64,000 bases of DNA from Planctomycetota bacterium (GTDB lineage: Bacteria; Planctomycetota; UBA1135; UBA2386), in NCBI GenBank assembly GCA_965223545.1, contig OZ245006.1, forward strand, positions 800,001 through 864,000, given 5' to 3'. The notes beneath the pieces are model-generated. The model was not told the DNA's origin. It made no database searches and worked only from the letters and a program-made list of their open reading frames with translations. Positions 54,473 through 63,661 of the stretch are shown piece after piece. The translations under genes and the position numbers were made by a program. Each line of letters opens with the position of its first letter. Position 1 is the stretch's first letter.

Positions 54473-55648
54473 ATGCGCAGCGAGATCAACCAGCAAGTGC
54501 CACTGGCACGCTCAGACGAGTTCCAGCCGTTGCGGCTGGGCCCGCTGCGCGTCGAACCGCCGGTCGTCCTCGCGCCGATGGCGGGCGTCACCAACGCCCC
54601 CTACCGCAGCCTTTGCCGCCGCTTCTCCGCCGGCCGCTGTCTCTACGTCAGCGAGATGATCACCGCCAAGAGCTTCGCTCTCGGCAACGCCAAGACGCTG
54701 AAGCTGGCCTCGTTCGCGGCGGACGAGACCACCCGCAGCATCCAGCTCTACGGCACGCAGCCCGCGAGCCTGGGTGAGGCCACGAAGATCCTCGTCGACG
54801 AGTGGGGAGTCGACCACATCGACATCAACCTCGGGTGCCCGGTGCGCAAGGTCACCGCCAACGGCGGCGGCGCCGCGATCCCGGCGCGGCCGCGGCTGAT
54901 GGCGCGGTTGGTCGGCGCGGTGGTCGAACGGGCGGGCCGCGTGCCGGTCACCGTCAAGTTCCGCAAGGGCATCGACGACAGCTTGCTGACCTACCGGGAC
55001 GCCGGTCGCGTCGCCCGCGAGGTCGGCGCCGCCGCCGTCGCGCTGCACGCGCGCACCGCGGCCCAGCTCTACGCCGGGGAAGCCGACTGGGACGCCATCG
55101 CCGACCTCAAAGCCCGGCTGCCCGACCTACCGGTGCTCGGCAACGGCGACATCTTCGAAGCGCACGACGGCCTGCGCATGATGCGCGCCACCGGCTGCGA
55201 CGGCGTCGTCATCGGCCGCGCGTGCCTCGGCCGCCCGTGGCTGTTCGGCGAGTTGGTCGACGTCTTCGACGGCCGGGAACCCGCGCCGCCGCCGGACTTG
55301 GGCGGCGTCGTCGATACCGCGCTCGACCACGCCCGCCTGTTGGTCGAGTTCTTCGGCGAGGCGATCGGCATCCGCCACATGCGCAAGTTCTCCGGCTGGT
55401 ATCTGAAGAGCTTTCCGGGTGCGCGCAAGCTGCTGCCCGCCCTGCACGTCGCGACCACGCTGGCCGAGCTGTCCGAGCTGCTGCAGAGCCTCCCGCGCCG
55501 CCAACCGTTTCCCACAGCGGGCCTGCGCGCGCGCCGGGCCAAGAGCGGCGGAACCCAGCGCGTGCACCTGCCCCAGGGCTTCCTCGAGCAGCGGGACAGC
55601 GACGCCCTTCCCGCCGAGGAGGGCGATACTCCGGACAGCGGCGGCTGA
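54473..55648 (+). CDS. dusB: tRNA-dihydrouridine synthase
   Basis: VLAPMAGVT, VSEM, IQLYG, IDINLGCPVRKV, VTVKFRKG, LHART, GNGDI, GRACLGRPW. Confidence 0.95.
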   Translation: MRSEINQQVPLARSDEFQPLRLGPLRVEPPVVLAPMAGVTNAPYRSLCRRFSAGRCLYVSEMITAKSFALGNAKTLKLASFAADETTRSIQLYGTQPASLGEATKILVDEWGVDHIDINLGCPVRKVTANGGGAAIPARPRLMARLVGAVVERAGRVPVTVKFRKGIDDSLLTYRDAGRVAREVGAAAVALHARTAAQLYAGEADWDAIADLKARLPDLPVLGNGDIFEAHDGLRMMRATGCDGVVIGRACLGRPWLFGELVDVFDGREPAPPPDLGGVVDTALDHARLLVEFFGEAIGIRHMRKFSGWYLKSFPGARKLLPALHVATTLAELSELLQSLPRRQPFPTAGLRARRAKSGGTQRVHLPQGFLEQRDSDALPAEEGDTPDSGG

Positions 55649-55798
55649 GGGCGGCCCGTGGCGGGACGCCCGGCCGCTTCCCGGACACCGGTGGTCGGAT
55701 GCCGGGCGCCGGCGGACCTCCATGTCGCCACTGCAGGCGTGGCAAGGCGATTGCGGAGAACGCCCGTTCCATATCGCTTTCCAACCGAGGTCACCGCC

Positions 55799-57175
55799 AT
55801 GCTGAGACTGCCCGGCCCCATCCCGTACCTGTCCGCCCTGTTCGCCGCCGCGCTGCCGGCACAGGTCGAGTACGCCGTCCTCGATCTGGGCGCACTGCCC
55901 GGCAGCAACCACAGCACCGCGACGGCGATGAACGAGCGCGGCGACGTCGTCGGCTGGTCGACGGTAGGCAGCACTCCGCGCGCTTACATCTACACCGACG
56001 ACGGTGGCATGCTCGACCTCGGCACGCTGTCGGGCGAGAACCACGCCGCCGCCTACGGCATCAATGAGCTGCGCGCGGTCGTCGGCCAGTCGGGAACGCG
56101 CAGCTTCCGGTGGAGCCCCGGCGCCGGCATGACCGAGATCCTCGCCGGGAGCTGGACCCGCCCCAATGCCATCAACACGCGCGGTGAGATCGCCGGCACG
56201 CTCAACCCCGACGCGGTGCTCAGCTTCACCCCGTTCGCGTTCCGGCCGAGCACCGGGCTGACCGCGCTGACGCCGAACCAGATCGGCAGGGCCAACGACA
56301 TCAATGAAGCCGGCCAACTGGTCGGCTACGCAACTGCGCGGATCGGGCCAGGCGGCGCCGGGGCCTTCCGCCACTCGCCCACTGCCGGGCTCGTGCCGCT
56401 GCCGGTCTTGAGCGGGTGGGCCGCCGTGCCCAACGGGATCAACGAGCGCGGCGACGTGGTCGGCCTGCTGCGGTCGAGCACGCGCGCCGACGCCGGCTTC
56501 ATCTACACCGACGCGGGCGGCATGCAGCAGCTGCCGGGGTCACGCTCGGGCGTCCCCGCAGACCTCAACGACCACGGCGTCGTGGTCGGCAGCTACTACC
56601 TGTCGAGCGGCGCCGACAACGCGACGATCTACACCGCCGCCACCGGCAGCCGCGATCTCAACGGCCTGATCGCCCCCGGCTCCAACTACTCGCTGCTCGC
56701 CGCGCGCGACATCAACAACGCGGGCCAGATCCTGGTGCGGGGCTACGACCGCGTCGCGGCCGAGTTCCGCGCGCTGCGGCTCGATCCGCTGCGGCCGACC
56801 GCGACCACCTTCCCGGTCGGCACGGGCTGCGCACCAACGGGCGCTGCACCGACCCTGCGCTCCACGCCGCCGGCACTCGGCACCACGCTGCGCATCGACC
56901 TCCAAGGCGCCCCACCGGCCACCGCCGGCGCCCTGCTGCTGAGTTCCGGCGACCCGGCAGTGACCGCACTCGGCCAGGGCTGCACGGCCTACGCCGCGTT
57001 GCGCTCGGCGGTCGCGCTGCCGGTCCGCACCGACGCCGGCGGCGATGCGACTCTGGCCCTGCCGCTCGCGGTCAACCCGGCCTGGGTCGGCGTGCGGCTG
57101 ATGGCCCAGGGAGCCCTGCCGGCCGGCTCCGGGCTCGCGCTGACCAACGGGCTGTTCTTGATCGCCGGCAACTGA
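55799..57175 (+). CDS. Secreted extracellular (HAF-type) repeat protein with a conserved ~125-aa C-terminal domain
   Basis: Signal ends LPA-Q, repeats AxxINExGxVVG and DLGTL, and tail PALGTT...WVGVRLMAQ...LALTNGLFLIAGN. Confidence 0.88.
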   Translation: MLRLPGPIPYLSALFAAALPAQVEYAVLDLGALPGSNHSTATAMNERGDVVGWSTVGSTPRAYIYTDDGGMLDLGTLSGENHAAAYGINELRAVVGQSGTRSFRWSPGAGMTEILAGSWTRPNAINTRGEIAGTLNPDAVLSFTPFAFRPSTGLTALTPNQIGRANDINEAGQLVGYATARIGPGGAGAFRHSPTAGLVPLPVLSGWAAVPNGINERGDVVGLLRSSTRADAGFIYTDAGGMQQLPGSRSGVPADLNDHGVVVGSYYLSSGADNATIYTAATGSRDLNGLIAPGSNYSLLAARDINNAGQILVRGYDRVAAEFRALRLDPLRPTATTFPVGTGCAPTGAAPTLRSTPPALGTTLRIDLQGAPPATAGALLLSSGDPAVTALGQGCTAYAALRSAVALPVRTDAGGDATLALPLAVNPAWVGVRLMAQGALPAGSGLALTNGLFLIAGN

Positions 57176-57333
57176 CATCGCAGCGGACCCGCTACCCTGG
57201 CGGCGGACATCTGGCTTTCCCGCAAAGCGTGTTGAGCCCGGTCGCAACCCCCGATAGAACGCGATCTTTGCAGGGCGCCACGGCGCGACGAGCGCGCCGG
57301 CTTGCGGCCCTCCGCTCCAATCAGGACACCACG

Positions 57334-59499
57334 ATCGAGCCTCAGATACTGACCCCCAGCGGCCTCGACCCGAGCACGCTGGACACCGATGCGCTGCGCG
57401 CCGTGCAGCGCCTGCAGGCGCGCGGCTTCGAGACCTACTTCGTCGGCGGCTGCGTGCGCGACTTGCTCCTGGGCCGGGCGCCCAAGGACTTCGATCTCGC
57501 CACCGGCGCGCGACCGCAACAGGTCAAGCGAACCTTCCCGCGCAACTGCCGCATCATCGGCCGGCGGTTCAAGCTGGCCCACCTTCACTTCGAGCAGAAC
57601 CGCAAGATCCTCGAGGTCGCGACGTTCCGCACCTCACCGACGGAAGATGGTGAGAGCGGCGATCTGTTGATCACTCGCGACAACGAGTTCGGTACCGCCG
57701 AGGAAGACGCGCTGCGGCGTGACTTCACCGCCAACGCTCTGTTCTACGACCCGGTCGCCGACGAGATCATCGACTACGTCGGCGGGCTTGCCGACGTGCG
57801 CGAACGCGTGCTGCGCACGATCGGCGACCCGGTGGTCCGCTTCCGCGAGGACCCGGTGCGCATCATCCGCGCCGCCAAGTTCTCCGGCCGGCTCGGCTTC
57901 AGCATCGACGAGCCGACCTACGAGGCGATGGCGCAAGTCGCCCCGGACCTCGCGCGCAGTGCGCCGCCGCGCCTGCTCGAGGAAGTTCTTCGGCTACTGC
58001 GCGGCGGGCACGCGCTGGAGTCGTTCCAGATGCTGCGCGACATCGGCGCGCTGCGCGTCGTGTTGCCGGTCGTCTCCGACTTCCTCGCCGACGCCCCAGA
58101 GCCCGATCGGGTGCGGTTTTGGCGCTTCCTCGAGGCGCTCGACGAAGCCGTGGCCGACGGCACCGAGGTCTCGAGCCCGGTGCTGCTGGGGGCGCTGTTC
58201 GCGTGCCCGGTGCGGGCGCGCTCCGCGCGAGAACCGCGGCGCAGCGCGACGACCATCGCCGAGAGCCTCATCGGACCGTTCGCCCAAGAGCTGCGGCTGC
58301 CGCGGCGCGACGCGGGCTGTCTGAAGCGCATCTGCGGCGTCCAGCCGCGCTTTACCGGCGAGGGCGGTCACCGCTTCAAGCTGCAGTCCTTCCTGCGCGA
58401 TCCGTACTTTGCCGAGGCGCTCCAGCTGTTCGAGCTGAGCTGTGCGGCCGGCGCCGGGGACGCGGCCGCGCTGGCGCGCTGGCGCGCGCTCGCCGAAGAA
58501 GTCGAGCAGGAGGAGGGCGATGACGTCGCCGAAGTCGAGTTCTCGGCGGAGGACTCGGCGGAGGACGACGAGACGCCGACCGACGAGGACGGCGACGATC
58601 GCCCGCGCCGCCGCCGCCGGCGGAGCCGCCGCGGCCGGCGACGGCGCGCCGGCGCAGAAGCGGACGGAGACGCCTCCGCGCATTTCGCGGACGACGAGGA
58701 GATCGAGACCGACGCCACCCCGGCAGCGACCGCCGAGGGCGAAGCCACGGCACCGGAGGCCGAGGGTGAGGAACGCGCTCCCCGGCGGCGGCGGCGCCGC
58801 CGCCGCGGACGCGGCGGCGAGGAGCCGAGCGAAGAGCCCGCGACGGCTGCCGGCGGCGAGGCGGCCGACAGTGACCGATCCCCCGGCGAGGAACAGGCCG
58901 ACCAGGCCGCCGAGGCAGAGGAGTCGGCCGGCGACGGCGACGCCCCCCGCCGGCGTCGCAGCCGACGTGGCCGGCGCGGCAAACGCGGCACAGGCGGGGC
59001 GGCGACTGCCGGCGACGAGCAGGCGGCTGCCGGAGACGACAGCAGTGGCGAGCGCTCGCAATCGAAAGCCAAGAAGAAGGCCGGCAAGAAGGCCGCCAAG
59101 GTCAAGAAGACCGCCGCGACCAAGAAGGCCGGCAAGTCGAAGCGGGGCAAGAAGGCCAGCAGCGATGGCGACGGCCGCCGCGACAGGACCCGCGCGAGCA
59201 AGAGCCGGCGGCGCCGCGGTCGCGCCGACCGAGACAACGCGGTCGACACGATCGAGCCGGCGGCGATCGACGTGTCCGCGTTCGACGTCGAGCTCGGACC
59301 GCGCGACGTGCCGACGTTCGGGGTGATCATCGAGGATTCCGACGCGCCGCGCGGCGGACGCAAGAAGAAGCGCGCGCCGCGCAGCACGCCGCCGGAAGCG
59401 GACGACAGCTACCGCCCGCCGCCGCCGCCGGGCACCGATCCGGCGCCACCGCCACCACCACCGCCGCCGGCCGACGACGACGAGTTCGGGGACTGGTAA
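57334..59499 (+). CDS. pcnB: Poly(A) polymerase I with a long disordered C-terminal tail; probable ATC start
   Basis: YFVGGCVRDLLLG..PKDFD, the PAP signature RIIGRRFKLAHL, EVATFR, RDNEFGT.EEDA.RRDFTAN, FREDPVRIIRA. Confidence 0.92.
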   Translation: MEPQILTPSGLDPSTLDTDALRAVQRLQARGFETYFVGGCVRDLLLGRAPKDFDLATGARPQQVKRTFPRNCRIIGRRFKLAHLHFEQNRKILEVATFRTSPTEDGESGDLLITRDNEFGTAEEDALRRDFTANALFYDPVADEIIDYVGGLADVRERVLRTIGDPVVRFREDPVRIIRAAKFSGRLGFSIDEPTYEAMAQVAPDLARSAPPRLLEEVLRLLRGGHALESFQMLRDIGALRVVLPVVSDFLADAPEPDRVRFWRFLEALDEAVADGTEVSSPVLLGALFACPVRARSAREPRRSATTIAESLIGPFAQELRLPRRDAGCLKRICGVQPRFTGEGGHRFKLQSFLRDPYFAEALQLFELSCAAGAGDAAALARWRALAEEVEQEEGDDVAEVEFSAEDSAEDDETPTDEDGDDRPRRRRRRSRRGRRRRAGAEADGDASAHFADDEEIETDATPAATAEGEATAPEAEGEERAPRRRRRRRRGRGGEEPSEEPATAAGGEAADSDRSPGEEQADQAAEAEESAGDGDAPRRRRSRRGRRGKRGTGGAATAGDEQAAAGDDSSGERSQSKAKKKAGKKAAKVKKTAATKKAGKSKRGKKASSDGDGRRDRTRASKSRRRRGRADRDNAVDTIEPAAIDVSAFDVELGPRDVPTFGVIIEDSDAPRGGRKKKRAPRSTPPEADDSYRPPPPPGTDPAPPPPPPPPADDDEFGDW

Positions 59500-60302
59500 T
59501 GGGTCGCATCAAGGTCACCACCGAGGCCTTGCGGCAAATGAAGCGGGACGGTCGTCGCATCGTCGCCCTCACCGCCTACGACCACTGCATGACGGCGATG
59601 CTCGACGCGGCGGGGGTCGACGTACTCCTCGTCGGCGACTCGGTGGGCACGGTGATCCAGGGACACGACACGACGGTGTCAGTGACCTTCGAGCAGATGC
59701 GCTACCACGCCGAGCTCGTCAGCCGCGCCGCCAAGCGCGCCTTCGTGGTCGCGGACATGCCGTTCTTGTCCTACCAGGTGAGCGAGGAAGAAGCCCTGCG
59801 CAACGCGGGCATCCTGCTCAAGGAAAGCCACGTCGAGGCGGTCAAGATCGAGGGCGGCCAGCCGGTGGCCCGCACGGTGCGGCGGCTGTCGTCCGCCGGC
59901 ATCCCCGTCATGGGCCACCTCGGTCTCACGCCCCAGAGCATCCACCAGTTCGGCACCTACGTCGTCCGCGGACGCAGCGAAGAAGAAGCCACGCGCATCT
60001 GCGAGGACGCCGCCGCGCTGGAAGACGCCGGCGCGTTCGCGGTAGTGCTGGAGAAGGTCCCGGCCGAGCTCGCCGCCCGGATCACCGCGCAGATCGACAT
60101 TCCGACCATCGGCATCGGCGCCGGCCCGCACTGCGACGGCCAGATCCTGGTGTCGTACGACATGCTCGGCCTGTTCACGCGCTTTCGGCCGCGATTCGTG
60201 CGGCGCTACGCCGAGCTCGAGCAGACCATCACCGAGGCGGTCGACCACTACGTGTCCGACGTCCGCGACGGTCAGTTTCCCGACGACAGCGAGAGCTACT
60301 GA
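59499..60302 (+). CDS. panB: 3-methyl-2-oxobutanoate hydroxymethyltransferase
   Basis: LTAYD, LVGDS, VADMPFLSY, VKIEGG, GHLGLTPQ, PTIGIGAG..CDGQILV. TAATG overlap with pcnB. Confidence 0.97.
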   Translation: MGRIKVTTEALRQMKRDGRRIVALTAYDHCMTAMLDAAGVDVLLVGDSVGTVIQGHDTTVSVTFEQMRYHAELVSRAAKRAFVVADMPFLSYQVSEEEALRNAGILLKESHVEAVKIEGGQPVARTVRRLSSAGIPVMGHLGLTPQSIHQFGTYVVRGRSEEEATRICEDAAALEDAGAFAVVLEKVPAELAARITAQIDIPTIGIGAGPHCDGQILVSYDMLGLFTRFRPRFVRRYAELEQTITEAVDHYVSDVRDGQFPDDSESY

Positions 60303-60324
60303 GCCACGCCTGGCCAGGCTTTGG

Positions 60325-60900
60325 TCAACCCTTGACCAGGTTGAGGAACTCGGCCCGGGTGCGCTGGTCCGAGCGGAAGTTGCCGAGCAGACACGAGGTC
60401 ACCGTCGACGAGTTCTGCTTCTGCACTCCGCGCATCATCATGCAGAGGTGAGCGGCCTCGATCACGACACCGACTCCCTTGGGGTCGAGCACATCGTTGA
60501 TGGCGTGCGCGATCTGCTGGGTCAACCGCTCCTGCACCTGGAGCCTGCGCGCGAACACGTCGACCACCCGGGCGATCTTGGACAACCCGACGATCTTTCC
60601 CGACGGGATGTATGCCACGTGCGCCTTGCCGTAGAAGGGCGCCAAATGGTGCTCGCACAACGAGTAGATCTCGATGTCGCGCACCACCACCATCTCGTCG
60701 GTCTCCGGCTCGAACAAGGCGTCGCCGACCACGTCCGCCACCGAGACCGCGTAGCCTGAGCAGTAGAACCGCATCGCCTTCTCGACCCGCCGCGGCGTAT
60801 CGCGCAATCCCTCGCGCTCCGGCTCCGGATCGAGTTCGGCCAGCATCGACCGCACCAGGGCCGCAAAGGCGGTGTTGCCGGGCTCGGGTGTCGCTTCCAT
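60325..60900 (-). CDS. folE: GTP cyclohydrolase I
   Basis: [47 protein letters not shown]. Confidence 0.97.
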   Translation of the reverse strand: MEATPEPGNTAFAALVRSMLAELDPEPEREGLRDTPRRVEKAMRFYCSGYAVSVADVVGDALFEPETDEMVVVRDIEIYSLCEHHLAPFYGKAHVAYIPSGKIVGLSKIARVVDVFARRLQVQERLTQQIAHAINDVLDPKGVGVVIEAAHLCMMMRGVQKQNSSTVTSCLLGNFRSDQRTRAEFLNLVKG

Positions 60901-60990
60901 CGGCGGCAGAAGCTATGCGGGCGCCGCCGCCAGCGCAAACCGCCACTGATGCGACTTGCAGCCCGGCCGCCACAAGCGTATCCGTGATCG

Positions 60991-62244
60991 ATGATGCGTC
61001 CTCTCTCGCTCGCCCTCGGCCCCGCGCTGGTGCTCGCCGCGGCGATCCCGGCCGCGGCGGCCCAAGCCCCGGCGCCGAGCACCGGGCCGGTCGTCCTGCG
61101 GGCGGCCAAGGTGCTCACGATGGAGGGGCCGCCGATCGAGCGCGGCGCGGTCCTCATCGAGAACGGCGTGATCCAGGCGGTCGGCGCCGATCTGCCGCTG
61201 CCGGCGGGCGCGCTCGAGGTCGACCTCGGGCCGCGCCTCCTGATGCCCGGCTTCGTCGAGCTGCACTGCCACGTCGGCGTCACCGGTGGCGACATCAACG
61301 ACTCGGTGATGCCGCACAACATGGACCTGCGCACCCTCGACCTCATCACGCAGGACAGCGATGAGCTCGATCGGGCGGCGGCGGCCGGCGTGACCACCGC
61401 CCTCATCATTCCAGGCTCTGGTTCGTCGATCGGCGGCCTCGGCACGCTGGTGAAGACCGCCGGCGGCAGCTTCGGCGAGCGGCTGATCCGTTACCCCGGC
61501 GCGCTCAAGATCGCGCTGCACGCGCGCGGCGGCAATCCGGCGCGCGGCGCCGGCGACCTCGGCTCCGGCCGGTTGGGCCTGCACCACATGCTCAAGGTAG
61601 TGATGACCGAGGCCCGTGACTACCACCGCGCCTACGAGCAGTTCGAGGCGGGCGAAGGTCCACAACCGGAGTTCAACCCGCGCCTCGATCCTCTGCGCGG
61701 TCTCTTCCGCCACGAGTTCCCGGTGATCCTGCACGCCTATGGCCAGAACGACACGATGACGGCCGTGCGGATCCTGAAGTGGGGTTTGGAGCTCGGCATC
61801 ATCATCTCGCACGGCGTGTACGACTCGTACGTGATCAAGCGCGAGCTCGCGGCCACCGGCGTGCCGATGAACCTCGGCCCGCGACAGTACGAGTACGACC
61901 TCGGCGCGTTCGTCGGCAACGCGGGCGAGCTCTACGGAGCCGGCGTGCCGACCTCGATCTGCACCGACGCCCCCGTCGTGCCGCAGGACCAGCTGCCGCT
62001 GCAGGCGGCGATGGCGGTGCGCCTCGGCCTGCCCGACGACGCCGCGCTCCGCGGTCTCACGATCGAGCCGGCGAAGGCGGCGGGCATCGCCGATCGCGTC
62101 GGCAGCCTGACGCCGGGAAAGGACGCCGACCTCGTCGCTTTCGCCGGTGATCCGTTGGATCCCCGCCACGCCCCCGACCTGGTGCTGATCGAAGGCCGCG
62201 TCGTGGTCGACCCCGGTGGTCTGATGCCGGGGACCAAACGCTGA
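60991..62244 (+). CDS. Secreted amidohydrolase family protein
   Basis: Signal peptide, LMPGFVELHCH, AGVTT, SHG, CTDAP, RVGSLTPGKDADLV. Confidence 0.88.
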   Translation: MMRPLSLALGPALVLAAAIPAAAAQAPAPSTGPVVLRAAKVLTMEGPPIERGAVLIENGVIQAVGADLPLPAGALEVDLGPRLLMPGFVELHCHVGVTGGDINDSVMPHNMDLRTLDLITQDSDELDRAAAAGVTTALIIPGSGSSIGGLGTLVKTAGGSFGERLIRYPGALKIALHARGGNPARGAGDLGSGRLGLHHMLKVVMTEARDYHRAYEQFEAGEGPQPEFNPRLDPLRGLFRHEFPVILHAYGQNDTMTAVRILKWGLELGIIISHGVYDSYVIKRELAATGVPMNLGPRQYEYDLGAFVGNAGELYGAGVPTSICTDAPVVPQDQLPLQAAMAVRLGLPDDAALRGLTIEPAKAAGIADRVGSLTPGKDADLVAFAGDPLDPRHAPDLVLIEGRVVVDPGGLMPGTKR

Positions 62245-62564
62245 TTAGAACGGAGCGGCATCAATCCCGCTGTCACGCGCAAGATCCTAGTTTCGTCTCG
62301 GATCACTGTAAGGAGCACTGCCCGTAGGGGGACAGCACCTGAAGTCCTCGAGAAGCATGCCTCGCGACCGAAGTCGCTGATCTTGCCGGCGTGACGGGTC
62401 GTGGATCGACCCACGCCGCCGGCGCCTGGAGCGACGGCAACACATACCGACCTCGACCTGTGCCGAGCGCTATCCGTCACCATCAGCGGCTGCGACGCCC
62501 TCAGCCCAAACTGCCCCACAAGTTTAAACGGTGGAAAAAGCTCTCAGCTCCAGCGAGGGGTATG

Positions 62565-62682
62565 CTGGTGGCGTGATTCAGAAACCTGCGGTACTCTCCG
62601 AGGCCATCCTCGGCCGTCGCGCCGTCCTCCACATCTCTACCGAGTCTCGGAAATGCCTCAGGTGCCTGAATCACACCACTAA
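62565..62682. mobile_element. MITE copy B (118 bp, degenerate, inverted relative to copy A)
   Basis: 62565-62620 matches the reverse complement of 24403-24458 at 48/56 positions by manual alignment. The right end CTGAATCACACCACTAA matches copy A's other end. Confidence 0.8.
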
Positions 62683-62722
62683 TCGGTCATGCCACACGGT
62701 CCGATGAACTGCTGCTGTTGAG

Positions 62723-63661
62723 ATGACACCTCGGCCCAAGAAGTGGTCCCAGGGCGCAGTCGTCATCGGCTGTCGCCACAACACGCTAGAGTTCGTGCAG
62801 ACTGTTCTGGCCCATGGCCGAACAATCGCGGGGATCGTCACAATCCCAGAAGAAGTGGCAGAGAAGAACCAAGTACCGACCTGGCGCGACCTGAGCGCCG
62901 CGTTCCCACAGATTCCCAGCTATGTCGCAGAATCATATAGCCTGAGCACTTCTGCCGACCGCGACTTTCTCGCACACACCTCAGCAGATTTCGGCCTTTG
63001 CATTGGTTGGCAACGCATTATCCCCACATGGTTCTTGCGTACATTTGCGACCGGCGTGTTCGGCATGCACGCGTGCCAGTTCCCTTTGCCGAGAGGTCGC
63101 GGCAGATCACCGCTCAACTGGGCACTCATCGCAGGAGCAGAGATCGTCAATGCTCACGTGTTGAAGTACAATGAGAAACCGGATGCCGGAGAGATCTTGC
63201 ACGTCGCACCCATCAGCATCACCGGTCACGACAACATCCACACACTTCAGCAGAAGTGCCGAGTGATCTTCAATCGCATCATAGAGCACCACTGGCGCAA
63301 CCTAGCGGACGGTTCTCCCTCGTTACGAGGATCCCTTGCCGGCCTCGTCGATCTCGAATACGCGAAGAGGACTGCTCTGGACGGCGCCATCGACTGGTCA
63401 TGGCCCGCACGGCAAGTTCATGATTGGGTGCGAGCACAGACGAGGCCCTATCCCGGCGCCTTTACGCTACACCACGGCAAACCCGCCAGGATCTGGCAGG
63501 CAGTTCCGTTTGGGGTTGCACCGAAGTTTCCCGCGCTTCCGGGAACCGTCACCGACTTGTTCGACGACGGCTCCTTTGTTGTCCACGCCGGAGACGCTCT
63601 AGTTCACGTCTTGGATCATGAGCTGATCGCTGATTTGTCCATAGGAGACGTCTTGCAATGA
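62723..63661 (+). CDS. Formyltransferase (Fmt/ArnA-like N- and C-terminal domains), probably acting on a sugar
   Basis: GWQRIIP, GMH...LPRGRGRSPLNWALI, PDAGEI, DGAIDW, VRAQTRPYPGAF. Confidence 0.85.
   Translation: MTPRPKKWSQGAVVIGCRHNTLEFVQTVLAHGRTIAGIVTIPEEVAEKNQVPTWRDLSAAFPQIPSYVAESYSLSTSADRDFLAHTSADFGLCIGWQRIIPTWFLRTFATGVFGMHACQFPLPRGRGRSPLNWALIAGAEIVNAHVLKYNEKPDAGEILHVAPISITGHDNIHTLQQKCRVIFNRIIEHHWRNLADGSPSLRGSLAGLVDLEYAKRTALDGAIDWSWPARQVHDWVRAQTRPYPGAFTLHHGKPARIWQAVPFGVAPKFPALPGTVTDLFDDGSFVVHAGDALVHVLDHELIADLSIGDVLQ

Noticed and set aside
56416..57333. N-terminal extension of the pcnB ORF
   Set aside because: Mostly a shadow of the HAF-repeat gene. Homology begins near 57334.
62290..62550. 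Glycine-riboswitch-like fragments (ACCGAAG, CTCTCAG)
   Set aside because: The motifs are incomplete and too far apart, I could not build the stems, and the downstream gene does not fit.
60325..63661. Functional link between folE and the formyltransferase via formyl-THF supply
   Set aside because: They are on different strands, differ in base composition, and are separated by an amidohydrolase and a MITE. The proximity is probably coincidental.
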